In this document: piece after piece, positions 29,325 through 38,780 of the stretch
How positions within the stretch are numbered: position 1 is the first letter of the stretch
Layout of the letters: each line of letters starts with the position of its first letter
Source of the DNA: an uncultured Alphaproteobacteria bacterium
GTDB taxonomy: Bacteria > Pseudomonadota > Alphaproteobacteria > MPNO01 > UBA830
Assembly (NCBI GenBank): GCA_913046035.1
Contig: CAJWSW010000004.1
Span: 6,927-70,926, forward strand
Length of the DNA stretch: 64,000 nt
Reading direction: 5' to 3'
Made by a program: the position numbers and the translations under genes
Notes under the pieces: generated by a model
What the model was told of the DNA's origin: nothing
The model's input: only the letters and a program-made list of their open reading frames with translations
The model's database searches: none

Positions 29325-30119
29325 ATGGACTATAATAAATACGAAACGCTTTTATTCGAAAAGCGTGACCGCGTCCTCACTGTCACATTAAACAGACCGG
29401 AAAAGCTGAATGCCATAAATGGGCCGATGCATGTGGAGTTATCCCACGTCTTTGAGGATATCAATAGAGACCGCTCCGTTGATATTGTGATACTGACCGG
29501 AGCTGGTCGCGCTTTTTGCGCGGGTGGAGATGCCGACTGGTTGCAAGAGTTGATTGACGACCCCTGGGGTTGGGAAACGCTATCAGAAGAGGGTAAAAGG
29601 TCAATGATGTCCATCTTGGATTGCAGACAACCTGTGATCGCAAAATTGAATGGCGCCGCTGCTGGTTTGGGTGCAACGCTAGCGCTTTATTGCGACGTAA
29701 TTATGGCGGCGGATACGGCACGGATCGGTGACCCGCACGTGAAGGTCGGTCTAACTGCGGGAGACGGCGGATCGGGTATCTGGCCATATTTAATCGGGTT
29801 CGCCCGTGCTCGAGAATTCTTATACACCGGTGAGATGCTAACTGCGCAAAGAGCTGCAGATATGGGCTTGATAAATCGTTGTGTCCCTGCGGACGAGTTA
29901 GACAAAATTGTTGATGAGTTCGCAGATGGACTGGCAAATGGCGCGATCCGAGCCATCCAGTGGACAAAGCAAGCAATTAACGCGCCACTCAAACAGGTGG
30001 TGTCTGCGAACCTTGATTACTCGCTATCCTTGGAGTCAAAGTCAAACATCACTGAGGATCACCAAGAGGGCATAAATGCACTTCGAGAAAAACGCAAACC
30101 TGTTTTCAAGGGGAAATAA
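29325..30119 (+). CDS. enoyl-CoA hydratase/isomerase (crotonase) family protein
   Basis: GAGRAFCAGGD oxyanion-hole motif, 264 aa. Confidence 0.85.
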   Translation: MDYNKYETLLFEKRDRVLTVTLNRPEKLNAINGPMHVELSHVFEDINRDRSVDIVILTGAGRAFCAGGDADWLQELIDDPWGWETLSEEGKRSMMSILDCRQPVIAKLNGAAAGLGATLALYCDVIMAADTARIGDPHVKVGLTAGDGGSGIWPYLIGFARAREFLYTGEMLTAQRAADMGLINRCVPADELDKIVDEFADGLANGAIRAIQWTKQAINAPLKQVVSANLDYSLSLESKSNITEDHQEGINALREKRKPVFKGK

Positions 30120-30133
30120 CGGGTTTAGCGCCA

Positions 30134-30163
30134 AAAAGGGCTGGACTTAGCCAGCCCTTTTTT
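30134..30163. terminator. bidirectional rho-independent terminator between convergent operons
   Basis: AAAAGGGCTGG (30134-30144) pairs with CCAGCCCTTTT (30151-30161) across a 6-nt loop. An A-run flanks it on the left and a T-run on the right. Confidence 0.65.
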
Positions 30164-30288
30164 AAAAACTAGTCCTTTAGATTTTCTCAGTCGCCACCTG
30201 TATCAATTTAAAAATTGGTGCAATTAACAGGTCGTTAAGCAGATTATTTTTTAAAGTGCACAAATTAGTAACACCGGTCGTTAAGGCA

Positions 30289-30654
30289 CTAGTGTTGGCG
30301 GACCGCGTCCATAAATTTTGATTGCGACACCATTAAACGCTCATGCTGCCCACGAGCAATTTCTGCGACGCCACAGCGAACAAAAACGTTGAAAACAAAA
30401 CGTTTTCTATCAATCCCAGATATCACGGCCTCTGCTTCAAGAACCGAACCCGGTACGGCATTGCCCCAGAACCAAATATCGTTATGGATCCCAACACTCG
30501 CGTCATCAGCACCAAACCCAGGAGCGAGAATATTGTGACACGCCATTTCGCAGGCCAGATGTACCACCCACACAGACAATTTTGTCTCATTAAAATGATC
30601 ACACGAGAGACTTATAACCTGTCTGGCCGACAACCCTAAAAAACCATCCGGCAT
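30289..30654 (-). CDS. hotdog-fold thioesterase-like protein (FlK-like?)
   Basis: 121 aa. An ATGA overlap joins it to the upstream paralogue-like ORF. The family call is tentative, based on size and sequence style. Confidence 0.5.
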   Translation of the reverse strand: MPDGFLGLSARQVISLSCDHFNETKLSVWVVHLACEMACHNILAPGFGADDASVGIHNDIWFWGNAVPGSVLEAEAVISGIDRKRFVFNVFVRCGVAEIARGQHERLMVSQSKFMDAVRQH

Positions 30655-30986
30655 CAGATGAATACCCGGCTGACATGGCCACTAACGACCTTCCTTTTCG
30701 AGTCCCAGCCGACAACCCGACAAACCACCAGCATCCCGGTAAAAGAAATAACTTCGGCTATTATATGAACCTCGTCGCCAATGGCGGTGGCCGCTAAATG
30801 ACGAATATTAATCCGCATGCACTTTGTGACACCCTCTCCACATACCTGATCCGCAGCAGTGTCACACAGATCTGCAAGCATTGGGGTTGCCAAAACATTT
30901 ACGCCGGGATTGCCCAACACTTCGGCTGAAAGTCTCTCCGTGACCTCAGTTACAGTTTCCACTGAATGCCCTATTTTTACAGGCAT
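30654..30986 (-). CDS. hotdog-fold thioesterase-like protein (FlK-like?)
   Basis: 110 aa from the ATG at 30986, 4 nt after the MBL stop. LATPMLADLCDTAA and INIRHLAATAIGDEV resemble fluoroacetyl-CoA-thioesterase-type hotdog proteins. Confidence 0.55.
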   Translation of the reverse strand: MPVKIGHSVETVTEVTERLSAEVLGNPGVNVLATPMLADLCDTAADQVCGEGVTKCMRINIRHLAATAIGDEVHIIAEVISFTGMLVVCRVVGWDSKRKVVSGHVSRVFI

Positions 30987-30990
30987 GCTA

Positions 30991-32016
30991 TCAGACGGCG
31001 GGGCGGTAACGGATAATGCGATCATCATCGCGACGCCGTTCCAGATAGCCGTCAGTCACTAAATAATTTAAATGCGCCAGTGTTTCGCCGAGCGCAAAAC
31101 CGAATTCGAAGACGCCTATGTCGCGACTAAACAACGACGGGATCAAGTCGGTTGCAGTCTGCGGTTCAGAGCAGAAATCCAAAGCCGCATCTAGGCGAAT
31201 TTGGTGATGCGCCCGCAGGTCGTCTAATCGCCCGTGCAAACCGCGAAATGGATAATCATGGGACGGTAGGACCAAAACGTCATCTGGAAGGTGACGGAAT
31301 TTTTCAAAACTATTGAAATAATGGCGCAATGGGTCACCGTCAGGTTCAGTATACCAAAGGCTAATATTTGAACTTATACGAGGAAGAATTTGGTCGCCGG
31401 CAATAAGGATATTCATATCAGGGCACCAGAGAGAAGCATGTTCGTGGCTGTGTCCACCGCCTGTTATTACATTCCACATGCGTCCATTTATTTCGATTTT
31501 TTCGCCGTCCTGTATACGTTTGACAGTTTCTGGAAGACGATACCAAGGGTCCTTGAATGCTTCCCGCACCTCTTTGAAACCAGCCGTCATTTTTTCCGGG
31601 GCACCATTGTCGCGGTAGAATTCAATCCAGCGATCAAAGTCATGCGTTAATGTCTCGGAGACAGCTACATGAGCCTGTAGCCATTCCGCATAGGTCATCC
31701 ACAGAGGTGCCATGCGTTTTTCTTCGAACCAGCCAGCCAGCCCCAGATGGTCTGGGTGAAAATGCGTGACTATGGTTCGATTTATAGGCCCGCCCGCGGC
31801 AATCCTATCGATCGCGTCGTCCCAAATATCCCGAATTTTCTTTACGTTGTAGCCGGTGTCTATGACAGTCCAGCCGGCGTTATCTTCCAAAAGCCAGAGG
31901 TTTATGTGGTTCAAGGCAAACGGAAGCGGCATGCGCACCCAGTGGATTCCAGGCGCAACTTCAAGGGTTTCGCCAAAGTCTAACTTTTTAAAAGGATAAT
32001 CGGGAGCATATTGCAT
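30991..32016 (-). CDS. MBL-fold metallo-hydrolase
   Basis: THFHPDH (HxHxDH) motif with later His/Asp ligands. Start is ATG at 32016 or TTG at 32052. Confidence 0.8.
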   Translation of the reverse strand: MQYAPDYPFKKLDFGETLEVAPGIHWVRMPLPFALNHINLWLLEDNAGWTVIDTGYNVKKIRDIWDDAIDRIAAGGPINRTIVTHFHPDHLGLAGWFEEKRMAPLWMTYAEWLQAHVAVSETLTHDFDRWIEFYRDNGAPEKMTAGFKEVREAFKDPWYRLPETVKRIQDGEKIEINGRMWNVITGGGHSHEHASLWCPDMNILIAGDQILPRISSNISLWYTEPDGDPLRHYFNSFEKFRHLPDDVLVLPSHDYPFRGLHGRLDDLRAHHQIRLDAALDFCSEPQTATDLIPSLFSRDIGVFEFGFALGETLAHLNYLVTDGYLERRRDDDRIIRYRPAV

Positions 32017-32039
32017 AGCCGAGTTTATAAGGGCGGTAC

Positions 32040-32864
32040 CTACAACCGACAATACGGAGAGAGAAAGTCTCTTAAACGGGCGATAATTTCAGGTGGATCC
32101 TCAAGGTGCGGAAAATGCCCTAGGCCCGCGATCATCTCGGTTCGCGCGCTCGGAACCGCGTTGGTAATGCTCTCCAACTGACTTGGCAGACCGTAGGCAT
32201 CCTCTGTTCCTTGCAGCGACATCAGCGGCACTGCAATACTCGAGATCTCTTTTGAGATATCCCAGTTGTCGTAAAATTTTTTTTGCCAAACATCAGTCCA
32301 GCATTTTAGCAGGTGCGGCGCGTTGTCGCCGTGAAAACGGGTCATCCAGTCTGGGATATCACCCTCGCTATACATTTTGCTATGGCGCAGCACCTGACCG
32401 TAGGTGAGTTCATCGCGGCGCACATGGGCAGCGATAGTAACGATCGCGCGGACACGACCGCGAAAGCGGGCCCCATGAAGCAATGCGATCGTCCCACCGT
32501 CTGAGTGACCAACAAGGCAGCAATCGTTTATCTTCGCAGATGCCAATAGGTTTTCTAGAAAATCCGCGGCATCTCCCATAAAGTCGTCGGGAAATTCGGG
32601 CTCCGGCCCAGAACGACCATATCCCGGTCGATCAAAAACGAAGGCAGGTAAATCAAGTTCCCTCGCGATTTGCATAGGAAAACCGCGCATGGTCCCTACA
32701 CTGCCAAGTCCATCATGAAGGAAGACAAGTGCGGTCCGGCCAGCCTTTCGAGGCGACCGCCAGACACCAAATATTGATCTGCCACACACATTTAACCACG
32801 TTGCACCGGCCTCATCTGCAGGAGGATCGAGAACATCTGAATTTGGGAAGGGTGAAGGCTTCAT
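32040..32864 (-). CDS. alpha/beta hydrolase
   Basis: GHSDGG nucleophile elbow with a C-terminal GHFPHLE histidine motif. 274 aa. Confidence 0.8.
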   Translation of the reverse strand: MKPSPFPNSDVLDPPADEAGATWLNVCGRSIFGVWRSPRKAGRTALVFLHDGLGSVGTMRGFPMQIARELDLPAFVFDRPGYGRSGPEPEFPDDFMGDAADFLENLLASAKINDCCLVGHSDGGTIALLHGARFRGRVRAIVTIAAHVRRDELTYGQVLRHSKMYSEGDIPDWMTRFHGDNAPHLLKCWTDVWQKKFYDNWDISKEISSIAVPLMSLQGTEDAYGLPSQLESITNAVPSARTEMIAGLGHFPHLEDPPEIIARLRDFLSPYCRL

Positions 32865-33061
32865 TCAATAACGTCGATATCAGCCGGACGCTGGTTTGCT
32901 AAGCCGCAGAGTATAGATGTTAAATCAAAAAACCTTATCCGTCGCATTATCTGCTGGTCCCAATTGTCAGCCTGTCTCTTTATTTTTAATCGGAGCTTAA
33001 TAAAATTTGATACATTTTTTTAGATATCCTGGTGTACATCTCTCAGTGCATTCAGTTCCCG

Positions 33062-34036
33062 TCAATAGCAGCCGGCTTCTCGAGCCCGCTGGCGCACCAG
33101 AGCGAGCACAGCGTCAATGTATGGAGTTTCAACGCCAACCATCCGACCCATTTCCTGTACCGCCGTTATCAACGCATCGATTTCCATAGGCCGACCACGT
33201 TCTAAATCTTGAAGCATCGAAGTTTTGTGTGCTCCTACCTGCACTGCACCATTAATCCGCTTCTCAACGTCGATAGAAAACCGCACGCCCAATGCTTCGC
33301 CAATAGCCTGCCCTTCCAACATCATTTTCCTCGCTATTTCGCGTGTACCTGAATCTGTGCCAATCGTTTCTAACGTAGAATGGGTCAATGCGCTGATAGG
33401 ATTAAACGAGAGGTTTCCCCAGAGCTTGACCCAGAGTTCGTTTCGTATGTTTGGCCTGACTGGCGCTTTAAAACCCGACGAGATCAGTATTTCAGAGAGC
33501 GCCACAATCCGATCAGTTTTTTCTCCGGAAGGCTCACCCAACGAGAACCGGTCACCCTCTACATGCCTTATGATACCCGGCTCCGACACTTCTGCAGCAG
33601 GATAAACAGCACACCCTATCATGCGATCAGGACCGAGATTGTCCCAAAGCACGTTACCGGGATCAAGACATCCTATACGACGTCCCGTGTATTCTCCTTC
33701 AAGGCCATAGAAATACCACCAGGGTATACCGTTTACTCCCCAAACCACCGCCGTACTTTCGTGAAACAGTTGCGCGAAGTTAGCCGCAACTGGAGGAACC
33801 GAGTGGGCCTTCAGGGTCACAAAAACGTAATCTTGCGGCCCGGCGTCGGCAGGGTTTTCAAACGCCCGGACATTCGCAACATATCGTTCATCATCCTTTA
33901 TCAGTGTTAGACCATTCTGTTGAATAGCTTCTAAATGCGATCCCCGCGCGATCAGTGTTACGTCGGCTCCTTTCAGCGCGAGGCCAGCACCGAGATAGCC
34001 ACCGATGGCACCAGCTCCATAGATGCAGATTTTCAT
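33062..34036 (-). CDS. ketopantoate reductase (PanE/ApbA) family oxidoreductase; candidate oxalyl-CoA reductase
   Basis: MKICIYGAGAIGG Rossmann start and the conserved TSMLQD region of the PanE family. It starts 14 nt downstream of the ligase gene. Confidence 0.8.
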   Translation of the reverse strand: MKICIYGAGAIGGYLGAGLALKGADVTLIARGSHLEAIQQNGLTLIKDDERYVANVRAFENPADAGPQDYVFVTLKAHSVPPVAANFAQLFHESTAVVWGVNGIPWWYFYGLEGEYTGRRIGCLDPGNVLWDNLGPDRMIGCAVYPAAEVSEPGIIRHVEGDRFSLGEPSGEKTDRIVALSEILISSGFKAPVRPNIRNELWVKLWGNLSFNPISALTHSTLETIGTDSGTREIARKMMLEGQAIGEALGVRFSIDVEKRINGAVQVGAHKTSMLQDLERGRPMEIDALITAVQEMGRMVGVETPYIDAVLALVRQRAREAGCY

Positions 34037-34050
34037 CGAGTTACCTCTGA

Positions 34051-35580
34051 TTATCCGAGCCCGAGTTTTTCAGCTAAGCCGATACGCTGGAGTTTGCCAG
34101 TCGCTCCTTTGGGTATTTCATCTAAGACCAAAACACGGCGTGGAACCTTGAAATCAGCAAGATGTCCTGAAACGAAGTCTCGAACATCCGACTCTTCGGC
34201 CAACTCTCCCTCACGCAACACGATTGCGGCTGCAACTTCTTCGCCTAGCTTGTCGTGCGGCATGGCGAAGGTAACCGCCTGAGCAACTGCTGGGTGGTCC
34301 ATGAGCACTTCATCCACCTCGCGCGGAGAAATTTTTTCGCCACCACGATTAATGATTTCCTTAAGTCTTCCCGTGATCAATATATACCCTTCCTCGTCCA
34401 TCACGCCTTGGTCGCCAGTACGAAACCAACCATCTGTAAAGGAGCTCGCATTCGCTTCCGGATTGTTTTCATAGCCAGGCGTAACATTAGGGCCACGGAT
34501 AACTATTTCTCCAACCTTACCGATTTCGATAAGTTTGCTATCGGACTCGTCCATAATCGCAACCTCGGGACCGGCCGCAATCCCAACGGATCCCGGTTTA
34601 CGGGTAGCGGGTGGCAAGGGATTACAAGCCATTTGGTGCGCGGCCTCTGTCATTCCGTATGCCTCGACGACGGGAACATCGAAGGTGTCCTCAAGCTCTT
34701 TCATTACCTGCGGCGGTAGAGAAGAGGACGAAGACCGGATAAGTCTTAGATTAGCCCGAGCGCGCCCAACGCTCTCCGTATTGCGACTGGCACGTGAGAG
34801 AATAGCCTGGTGCATCGTGGGCACTGCCGTGTACCAACTGGGTTCAATTTCATCAAGCCAGCTAAAAACACGTAATGCGTTGAACCCTGGTGCACAGTGA
34901 ACACTCGCCCCGGCACCCAAAGACGAGAGCACGGCGGCAATCAAACCATGAATATGAAATAGAGGCATAATGTTCATGCAGCGGTCTTCAGCAACAAGCT
35001 TAAGCGATTCTGCGATGTGGCCTGCCGAGGCGGTAACATTACGCTGCGTCAATGGCACAATCTTGGGCCGCGATGTGGTGCCGGAGGTGTGGAGAACGAG
35101 TGCGACGTCATCGGCCTCTGCCATACCGGGGTGAGCGACAGCACCAGCGCTTTTTCCCTCCAACCTGAAACTACCCGCACATTTGCTCTCATCGGAAATT
35201 AAAGTGAAAACTGGTATATTCCGATCCTGAGCGGCCGAAAGCGCAGGTGATTCGGAGCCTTCTTCAACCACAAGTGCCTTAGCAGCAAGGTCGTCGAGAT
35301 AAAAATCAAATTCTTCCCGGCGATAGGCCGGATTAAGCGGTGCCGTTGTGGCCCCGCAACCAATGGTGACAAATGCAGCCGCCATTTCGGGGCTATTAGG
35401 GAGCACAATGGCAACACGATCGTTACGCCCTACTCCCAATTCATTTAGACGTGCGACAGTCGTGTCAGCAAGTTCTCGAAGCACCGCGTAGTTTTGGCCA
35501 GTGCGTTTAGGGGCGCCAATTGCAGTCGCGTCATTTTTACCGATTGCCAGCAGATCTCTGATTGTTTCGAAGCCCGACAT
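34051..35580 (-). CDS. oxalate-CoA ligase-like acyl-CoA synthetase (AAE3/Pcs60 family)
   Basis: LHTSGTTSRPK, PLFHIHGL, WYTAVPTMHQ, IRGPNVTPGYENNPEAN and INRGGEKISPREVD closely track plant AAE3. Start is ATG at 35580 (AGGA upstream) or GTG at 35601, which overlaps the glcB stop. Confidence 0.8.
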   Translation of the reverse strand: MSGFETIRDLLAIGKNDATAIGAPKRTGQNYAVLRELADTTVARLNELGVGRNDRVAIVLPNSPEMAAAFVTIGCGATTAPLNPAYRREEFDFYLDDLAAKALVVEEGSESPALSAAQDRNIPVFTLISDESKCAGSFRLEGKSAGAVAHPGMAEADDVALVLHTSGTTSRPKIVPLTQRNVTASAGHIAESLKLVAEDRCMNIMPLFHIHGLIAAVLSSLGAGASVHCAPGFNALRVFSWLDEIEPSWYTAVPTMHQAILSRASRNTESVGRARANLRLIRSSSSSLPPQVMKELEDTFDVPVVEAYGMTEAAHQMACNPLPPATRKPGSVGIAAGPEVAIMDESDSKLIEIGKVGEIVIRGPNVTPGYENNPEANASSFTDGWFRTGDQGVMDEEGYILITGRLKEIINRGGEKISPREVDEVLMDHPAVAQAVTFAMPHDKLGEEVAAAIVLREGELAEESDVRDFVSGHLADFKVPRRVLVLDEIPKGATGKLQRIGLAEKLGLG

Positions 35581-35597
35581 TTTCCGTTTCCTATCTT

Positions 35598-37778
35598 TCA
35601 CGCACCATATTTTGACTTAGCCTCGATGCGTCGGCGATGAAGCACCGGCTCTGTATATCCGCTAGGTTGTTTTATCCCCTCGAAAACCAGATCGCACGCG
35701 GCTTGGAAGGCAACACTATCCTCAAAATCAGGCGCCATATCATGGTAGCCTGGATCGCCCACGTTTTGTCCATCCACAACAACCGCCATACGTTCCATTG
35801 TCTCCCGCACCTGTTTTTCGGTGCAAACGCCGTGATGTAGCCAGTTGGCAATGTGCTGACTAGAAATACGCAGCGTAGCGCGATCCTCCATTAAGCCAAC
35901 ATCATTAATATCCGGCACTTTCGAGCAACCAATACCCTGATCTATCCAGCGAACAACGTAACCGAGGATCCCCTGAACGTTATTTTCTAGCTCTGCCTGA
36001 ATATCTTCGGGCGACCAATTTGGGCGATCAGCCACGGGTAGGGTAAGTATATCGTCAAGACTGGCGCGAGCACGCGATTTTAACGTTTCCTGTCGGTTGA
36101 ATACGTTCACCTTGTGATAATGCATAGCGTGCAGCGTGGCCGCCGTAGGAGATGGCACCCACGCGGTATTCGCACCCGCCATAGGATGACCAATTTTCTG
36201 CTCCAGCATTGCATTCATCAGATCTGGCATCGCCCACATACCCTTGCCAATCTGTGCGTTCCCTTGCAAACCACATTCAAGACCAATATCCACATTCCAA
36301 TCTTCATATGCGGAGATCCAGGGAGACGTCTTCATCTCTGCTTTACGAATCATCGGGCCTGCCTCCATGGAGGTGTGCATCTCGTCACCGGTACGGTCTA
36401 AGAACCCGGTGTTGATAAAAACAACACGTTCCCTTGCAGCACGAATGCATTCCTTTAAGTTCACTGTTGTTCGACGTTCTTCGTCCATAATTCCCATTTT
36501 TAAAGTATTGCGAGCCAGTCCCAGCGCGTCTTCGACGCGCGCTAAGGTTTCAGAAGCGAAGGCCACTTCATCCGGTCCGTGCATTTTGGGTTTCACGATA
36601 TAAACTGACCCCTCGCGGGAGTTCGGATATCGGCCGTTGCCCAGCAGATCATGCATAGCGATTAGTGATGTAATGATCGCATCAAGGATCCCCTCAGGCA
36701 TTTCATTTCCATCAGCGTCCAGGACCGCGTCTATATTCATCAAGTGACCCACGTTGCGAATGAGCATCAAGCTTCGGCCAGAATTCACTCTCTCGACCCC
36801 GCCGTCTGGAGAGGTGTAGGTGTGGTCGGGATTCAATTCACGGAAAACTGTTTTGCCGCCCTTTTCGAAACTCTCGGACAGGTCACCACGCATTAGACCT
36901 AGCCAGTTTCGATAAACGAGAACTTTGTCTTCGGCATCAACAGCTGCGATCGAATCTTCGCAATCCATAATTGTGGTAATCGCAGATTCCAAAACAACAT
37001 CGGAGATATTCGCCGGGTCTTCCTTTCCAATTGGGTGTTCCGCGTCTATGTGTATTTCAAAATGTATGCCATTGTTTTCGAAGACGAGTGTTTTGGGTGT
37101 GCCGGCATCCCCTACAAAACCAGCGAACCGGGCGTCATCTGAAAGACCTACGATAGACCCATCTTTCTGTTTAATGCGGAGCTTTCCCTGCTCTATCGAG
37201 TAACCGATCGCCTCGGCATGACTACCTTTATCTAGCGGGGCTGCCTCGTCCAGGAAGTCACGTGCATACGCGATAACTCTAGCACCGCGCGAGGGATTGT
37301 ATGTCTCCCTTATCTCCGCTCCGCCTGCCTCGGAAATTGCATCCGTACCGTACAAAGCATCGTAAAGACTTCCCCAGCGCGCGTTAGCTGCATTCAATGC
37401 ATACCTCGCATTCATCAGGGGAACAACTAACTGCGGGCCCGCAATTCTTGAGATTTCAGGGTCCACGCGATCAGTTTCGACCGAAAACAAGCCTCCTTCA
37501 TCAACCAGATAACCAATTTCCCTGAGAAAGGTTTTATATGCTTCCAGATCTGGCGTTTGGCCTTTTCGCTCACGGTACCAATCATCAATTTTTTGCTGAA
37601 GCTCATCTCGGCGCTTAAGTAATTTGCGGTTTTTTGGCGTAAGATCGCGAAACATTTCATTCACAGCGGCCCAAAATTTGGACTGCTCAAGGCCAGTTCC
37701 GGGTAGTGCTTCTTTATTTACAAAGTCGTAAAGAACAGTTGCAACCTGGAGGTCGCCCACTGAGGTTCGGTCAATCAT
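35598..37778 (-). CDS. glcB: malate synthase G
   Basis: 726 aa, the typical GlcB length and sequence. Confidence 0.95.
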   Translation of the reverse strand: MIDRTSVGDLQVATVLYDFVNKEALPGTGLEQSKFWAAVNEMFRDLTPKNRKLLKRRDELQQKIDDWYRERKGQTPDLEAYKTFLREIGYLVDEGGLFSVETDRVDPEISRIAGPQLVVPLMNARYALNAANARWGSLYDALYGTDAISEAGGAEIRETYNPSRGARVIAYARDFLDEAAPLDKGSHAEAIGYSIEQGKLRIKQKDGSIVGLSDDARFAGFVGDAGTPKTLVFENNGIHFEIHIDAEHPIGKEDPANISDVVLESAITTIMDCEDSIAAVDAEDKVLVYRNWLGLMRGDLSESFEKGGKTVFRELNPDHTYTSPDGGVERVNSGRSLMLIRNVGHLMNIDAVLDADGNEMPEGILDAIITSLIAMHDLLGNGRYPNSREGSVYIVKPKMHGPDEVAFASETLARVEDALGLARNTLKMGIMDEERRTTVNLKECIRAARERVVFINTGFLDRTGDEMHTSMEAGPMIRKAEMKTSPWISAYEDWNVDIGLECGLQGNAQIGKGMWAMPDLMNAMLEQKIGHPMAGANTAWVPSPTAATLHAMHYHKVNVFNRQETLKSRARASLDDILTLPVADRPNWSPEDIQAELENNVQGILGYVVRWIDQGIGCSKVPDINDVGLMEDRATLRISSQHIANWLHHGVCTEKQVRETMERMAVVVDGQNVGDPGYHDMAPDFEDSVAFQAACDLVFEGIKQPSGYTEPVLHRRRIEAKSKYGA

Positions 37779-38038
37779 TAAGTCATCTTTCTTTTGTTGT
37801 TCGGCGCCGATACTTACATCCTGTTCTGTGCCAAACTATCGTCGAGGGTAATCCAATTTTTTCATGCATGAGTCAAACACATACCGCTACAGGCTATCGG
37901 TAATTTAAACCCTGAGATACTTACGTGGCTGCTGATATCATAGCACAGACGCCGAAATAGCATGATCCAATCGGACGTCGAGTTGAAAGTAGCAGATACC
38001 GCGAAAATAATAACGATAGAACGAGGTAATACAGAAGT

Positions 38039-38677
38039 TTAGTCTTTGCGTTTGTCGTTGCCTGACAGCGTTTCGAGTTGTTTTTGCATCGCGTTCAGCT
38101 GGGCCTTCATTGCGTCTAATGCCTCAGCAGCATCTGCAGGTTCGGCGCCTCGGTTATCACCCGAATTCTCAGTCTCCTGGACCTCGGCCCCATGCTCCTG
38201 TTGATTATGCGGCTTCATCATATCCATGGCCTGCTCAAACATTTCAAGGTTCTTTCGGCCCACTTCCTCGAAAGAGGAAAATGGGTAGAGCCCGCTAAAG
38301 GTGTTTTCCATATAGTTTCGCATTTGCTCCTGATTGCGCGCAAATGACTGCATCGTCATGTCGAGGTACTGAGGCACAACTCCTTGAAGATTATCTCCGT
38401 AGAAGCTGATTAACTGTCGCAAAAAACCCGTCGGTAGCAAGTTATTACCTTTTGCTTCCTGTTCTACGATAATTTGCGTCAACACAGCTCGGGTGATGTC
38501 TTCATTCGTTTTTGCGTCATAAACCAAAAACTCAATGCCGTCTCTCACCATGGTTGCAAGGTCGTCCAGTGTCACGTAGCTGCTCGCCGCGGTATTATAA
38601 AGACGACGATTGGCATATTTTTTTATTGTGATGATACCAGGGGCGTCCTTGCCCGCGTTGCTCGCCTTACGGGCCAT
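38039..38677 (-). CDS. phaR: polyhydroxyalkanoate synthesis repressor PhaR
   Basis: IKKYANRRLYNT...YVTLDDL N-terminal DNA-binding motif. 212 aa. Confidence 0.9.
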   Translation of the reverse strand: MARKASNAGKDAPGIITIKKYANRRLYNTAASSYVTLDDLATMVRDGIEFLVYDAKTNEDITRAVLTQIIVEQEAKGNNLLPTGFLRQLISFYGDNLQGVVPQYLDMTMQSFARNQEQMRNYMENTFSGLYPFSSFEEVGRKNLEMFEQAMDMMKPHNQQEHGAEVQETENSGDNRGAEPADAAEALDAMKAQLNAMQKQLETLSGNDKRKD

Positions 38678-38736
38678 GGCGCCAACCTCCTAAATCTTTA
38701 TCGCAAATCTAATTTCTTGATTTTTACATTTCTGCT

Positions 38737-38764
38737 GCATTGCATCAATCATTTGATGCAATGC
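38737..38764. promoter_or_regulatory. perfect 11-bp inverted repeat, candidate PhaR operator
   Basis: GCATTGCATCA-N6-TGATGCAATGC lies in the phaR/phaC divergent intergenic region. The TGCATTGC core recurs at 40267-40274 upstream of phaA. Confidence 0.45.
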
Positions 38765-38780
38765 CGAAAGAGCCGGAGAT

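Noticed and set aside
33380-33910. 176-aa plus-strand ORF opposite the PanE-family gene. Similar antisense ORFs occur at 33225-33605, 34255-34719 and 36244-36603.
   Set aside because: These are shadow ORFs opposite strongly supported genes, with no motifs.
37779-38038. Glycine riboswitch upstream of malate synthase, as known for SAR11 glcB.
   Set aside because: I read the minus-strand leader and found none of the conserved glycine-aptamer cores (GGAGAG ... ACCGAAGGGGCAA-type). Only a short 5-bp hairpin is present.
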